Shown piece by piece: positions 61,343 to 64,000 of a DNA stretch of 64,000 bases. Each line of letters begins with the position of its first letter. Within the stretch, counting starts at the first letter, position 1. Both the position numbers and the translations under genes were made by a program. The notes under the pieces are model-generated. The model was not told the origin of the DNA, made no database searches, and saw nothing but the letters and a program-made list of their open reading frames with translations. This stretch comes from Alphaproteobacteria bacterium (GTDB lineage: Bacteria > Pseudomonadota > Alphaproteobacteria > UBA2966), in the NCBI GenBank assembly GCA_965200265.1, contig OZ241357.1:106290-170289 (forward strand), in the 5' to 3' direction.

Positions 61343-63097
61343 ATGTACCGCTCCGGGGGAACGATCAGTGAGGCGGTGGACCGGATCGCCAAGCAAGAAT
61401 GGGTATTGCCCGCCATCCAGCGCGAGTTCGTGTGGAAGCCGGAACAGATATGTGCCTTGTTCGACAGCGTGATGCAGCGCTACCCGTTCGGCGAATTCCT
61501 GATCTGGAAAATTAAGAAGAACTCGGCCGACTACCGCTACTACGGTTTCGTGCTCGACTATCACGAGCGAAGGAACCGGCATTGTCCCGATATCGGACCG
61601 TTGCCGGACACCCCGATCAAGGCGGTACTGGACGGGCAACAGCGCCTGACCGCGTTCAACATAGGGCTTCGCGGCTCGATGGCCGTCAAGCGGCCGCGCC
61701 AATGGCGGACCAACCCGAACGCCTTTCCGAAGCGGGTGCTTGCGCTCGACCTGCTCTGCGATCCCTCGGAACCGGATGAGGAGGGGACCCGCTACCGGTT
61801 CTCGTTCGTGGATCGGGGGAAGTGCGGAATACTCGATAATGGTGAACTCTGGTACCAAGTAAGAGACGTCCTCGCGATGGAAGAGGCGAACCCGTGGCCA
61901 AAGAGTAACGGATGGATCGCGAAAAAAGACCTTGGCAGAAAGAAGCGCAACCGCGCACTCCGCCATCTCTCGAGACTCTACAAAGCGACGCGTGTGGACC
62001 AGACGGTGTGCTGGTACGAGGAGAGAAATCAGAACATTGAACATGTGCTTCGGATCTTCGTAAGGCGTAACGCCGGGGGGATCCCCCTCTCGTACTCCGA
62101 TCTCCTGTTGAGCATCGCGACCTCTCAATGGACGCGACGAGACGCAAGAGAGGAGATCTATGGCTTGGTGGATGATCTGAACGATATTGAGGGGAGCTTC
62201 GAACTCACGAAAGACTTCACGCTGAAGGCGGGTCTCATGTTGACTGATCTCCCGAGCGTCGAGTTCAGGGTGCGCAACTTCACACACGCCAACATGAAGA
62301 TACTGGAGAAGCACTGGCCGAACGTCAGGAAGACTCTGATCGCGGCCGTAGGACTCGTTTCGAAGCTGGGGTTCAATGGGAAGACAATCGGGGCGGAGAG
62401 CGCCTTACACTTGGTGGCGTATTATCTCCATCGGCGGGGGAACCCGACGGGTTTCTCGACCCGGGGTAGGTATGTCGATGACCGGAAAGCGATCCGGGGT
62501 TGGCTTATACGCTGCGTGCTGAAGAGCGGAGTGTGGGGAAGCGGCCTGGACACGCTGCTCGTGGCGTTGCGGGACGTCGTGAGGGATGCGGAAAGTGACG
62601 ATTTCCCCATCACGGAGATCAAGCGGGCAATGGCTCGGCGCGGGAGGGGCCTCGAATTCTCGGACGAAGAGATTGAAGACCTCGCGGATATGAAATTCAG
62701 CGATGAACGCCTGTTCGCCCTTCTCGCGCTCCTTTTCCCGTTCGTGGATGTAATAAGCCACCGCTTTCACGTGGATCATGTGTTTCCAAAGATTCGGTTC
62801 ACCAAGACACGGCTGAAGAAGTCTGGAATCGCAGATCAAAAAGCGAAGCAGTACGAGGATCGGGCCGACCGGCTTGCAAACCTTCAGCTTCTGGAAGGGA
62901 ACGTGAACAACGAAAAGCGGGAGAAGATGCCGCACGAATGGGCGCGGGCTCAATATCCCGACGACCAAGCAAGAAAACGTTACCTGGATCAGTACTTTCT
63001 TGGTGAGATTCCCAAAGGAATCGACGGATTCGGCTCGTGGTACAAGAGGCGGCGCAAACGATTGAAGAAACGAATCGGTGAACTGCTGAGCGAGTGA
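61343..63097 (+). CDS. Fused GmrSD-like type IV restriction protein (DUF262 + DUF1524 HNH)
   Basis: IQREFVW, DGQQR, FVRRN (DUF262); DHVFP and LANLQLL..NNEK (DUF1524); lower GC. Confidence 0.88.
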   Translation: MYRSGGTISEAVDRIAKQEWVLPAIQREFVWKPEQICALFDSVMQRYPFGEFLIWKIKKNSADYRYYGFVLDYHERRNRHCPDIGPLPDTPIKAVLDGQQRLTAFNIGLRGSMAVKRPRQWRTNPNAFPKRVLALDLLCDPSEPDEEGTRYRFSFVDRGKCGILDNGELWYQVRDVLAMEEANPWPKSNGWIAKKDLGRKKRNRALRHLSRLYKATRVDQTVCWYEERNQNIEHVLRIFVRRNAGGIPLSYSDLLLSIATSQWTRRDAREEIYGLVDDLNDIEGSFELTKDFTLKAGLMLTDLPSVEFRVRNFTHANMKILEKHWPNVRKTLIAAVGLVSKLGFNGKTIGAESALHLVAYYLHRRGNPTGFSTRGRYVDDRKAIRGWLIRCVLKSGVWGSGLDTLLVALRDVVRDAESDDFPITEIKRAMARRGRGLEFSDEEIEDLADMKFSDERLFALLALLFPFVDVISHRFHVDHVFPKIRFTKTRLKKSGIADQKAKQYEDRADRLANLQLLEGNVNNEKREKMPHEWARAQYPDDQARKRYLDQYFLGEIPKGIDGFGSWYKRRRKRLKKRIGELLSE

Positions 63098-63218
63098 CGG
63101 GAGAGGCAAAGCCTGGGACCGGCAAGCCTGGAAGCATCCGAACGGGATCAGGTGGTTGCGCGACCTCTGCTCGGCGACCGCTATATTCCGGGACCCACCG
63201 AGGAAGTTGCGCCCTAAC

Positions 63219-64000
63219 CTACTGCGCGGCGATTGCCGGCGTGTCCGCTCTCTCGCTCGCGCGCGACAGGTGAAACCCACGATATCCGTCCGCGACGGCC
63301 TCTTCGCAAATCCTGAGGTAGCGGTCGAATCCGCCGAAGTAAGGCATGTAGACCCGAGGCTTGCCGGGGATATTGGCGCCGGTGTACCAGGAGCCGGCCT
63401 TGGATACCAATGACGCTTCGGCGACCTCGTTCGAATGTGCTATCCATTCCTCCTGGGCCTGCTCGTCAGCCTCGATCCGGTCGAAGCCGTTGGCGACGAG
63501 GTGGTCCAGGCAATTCATGGCCCATTCGATGCCGTGCTCGACCCCCAGCACGTTGTTCGCCTTGATCCCGGCGCTGCCGGGGCCGTTGACGATGAAGAGA
63601 TTCGGGACGCCCGCGACCATGAGCCCGAGGTAGTTTCTCGGACCTTCGGCCCAGAGCTCCTTCAAGGAGGCGCCGCCTTCGCGCCGGATATCGATCGCCG
63701 ACATGGCGCCGGTGATGGCATCGAAACCCGTCGCGAAGATGATGACGTCGAGTTCGTACTCCGCGTCCCTGGTGCGCAATCCGGTTTCCGTGATGCGCTC
63801 GATCGGCGCACTCTTGACGTCGACGAGGGTGACGTTGTCCCGGTTGAAGGTTTCGAAGTAGCCGAACTCGAGCGGAACGCGTTTGGCCCCCATCGGCTCA
63901 TCCTTCGGACACAGCAATTCGGCAACCTGGGGATTCCTGACGGTGGCGCGAATCTTCTCGCGCACGAAGTCGCAAAGGGCGTCGTTCGACTTCCGATTGG
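63219..64000 (-). CDS. Baeyer-Villiger monooxygenase, C-terminal part (5' end outside window)
   Basis: GAKRVP, YFETFNRDNV, ATGFDAITG, PNLF..GP, SWYTGANIPGKPR. Confidence 0.9.
   Translation of the reverse strand, partial: NRKSNDALCDFVREKIRATVRNPQVAELLCPKDEPMGAKRVPLEFGYFETFNRDNVTLVDVKSAPIERITETGLRTRDAEYELDVIIFATGFDAITGAMSAIDIRREGGASLKELWAEGPRNYLGLMVAGVPNLFIVNGPGSAGIKANNVLGVEHGIEWAMNCLDHLVANGFDRIEADEQAQEEWIAHSNEVAEASLVSKAGSWYTGANIPGKPRVYMPYFGGFDRYLRICEEAVADGYRGFHLSRASERADTPAIAAQ

Overview
High-GC chromosomal region, most consistent with an alphaproteobacterium (Rhodospirillales-like gene order; inferred). It starts with a large autotransporter-type surface protein gene on the minus strand. That gene runs off the left edge, is absent from the ORF track and carries a C11 tract near its 5' end. 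Next is a core block: rlmE, guaBA, yfgM-bamB-der, dnaB-alr-radA-cvpA-purF, rpsF-rpsR-DUF2232-rplI-cfa, fabD-fabG-acpP-fabF-mltG-yicC-gmk, rpsU (CTG start, also absent from the track) and pntAB. Metabolic genes follow: fused IOR, N-formylglutamate amidohydrolase/YbdK/DUF1244, glycerate kinase, flavoproteins, a ComA-like protein, a CoxL-like protein, TcuA, a deacetylase, an MFS pump and a BVMO. Three solitary defence-type genes (MmeI-like type IIL R-M, a stand-alone HEPN protein, fused GmrSD) and a GT2 + polytopic membrane glycosylation pair are interspersed. I recognised no rRNA, tRNA, CRISPR array, integrase or transposase. The most unusual signals are several intra-operon spacers filled by short ORFs that overlap or abut both the upstream stop and the downstream start, an inverted heptamer-repeat hairpin, and the possibly phase-variable autotransporter. 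None of these is established as a new system from sequence alone. Product calls come from motif recognition, not database searches.
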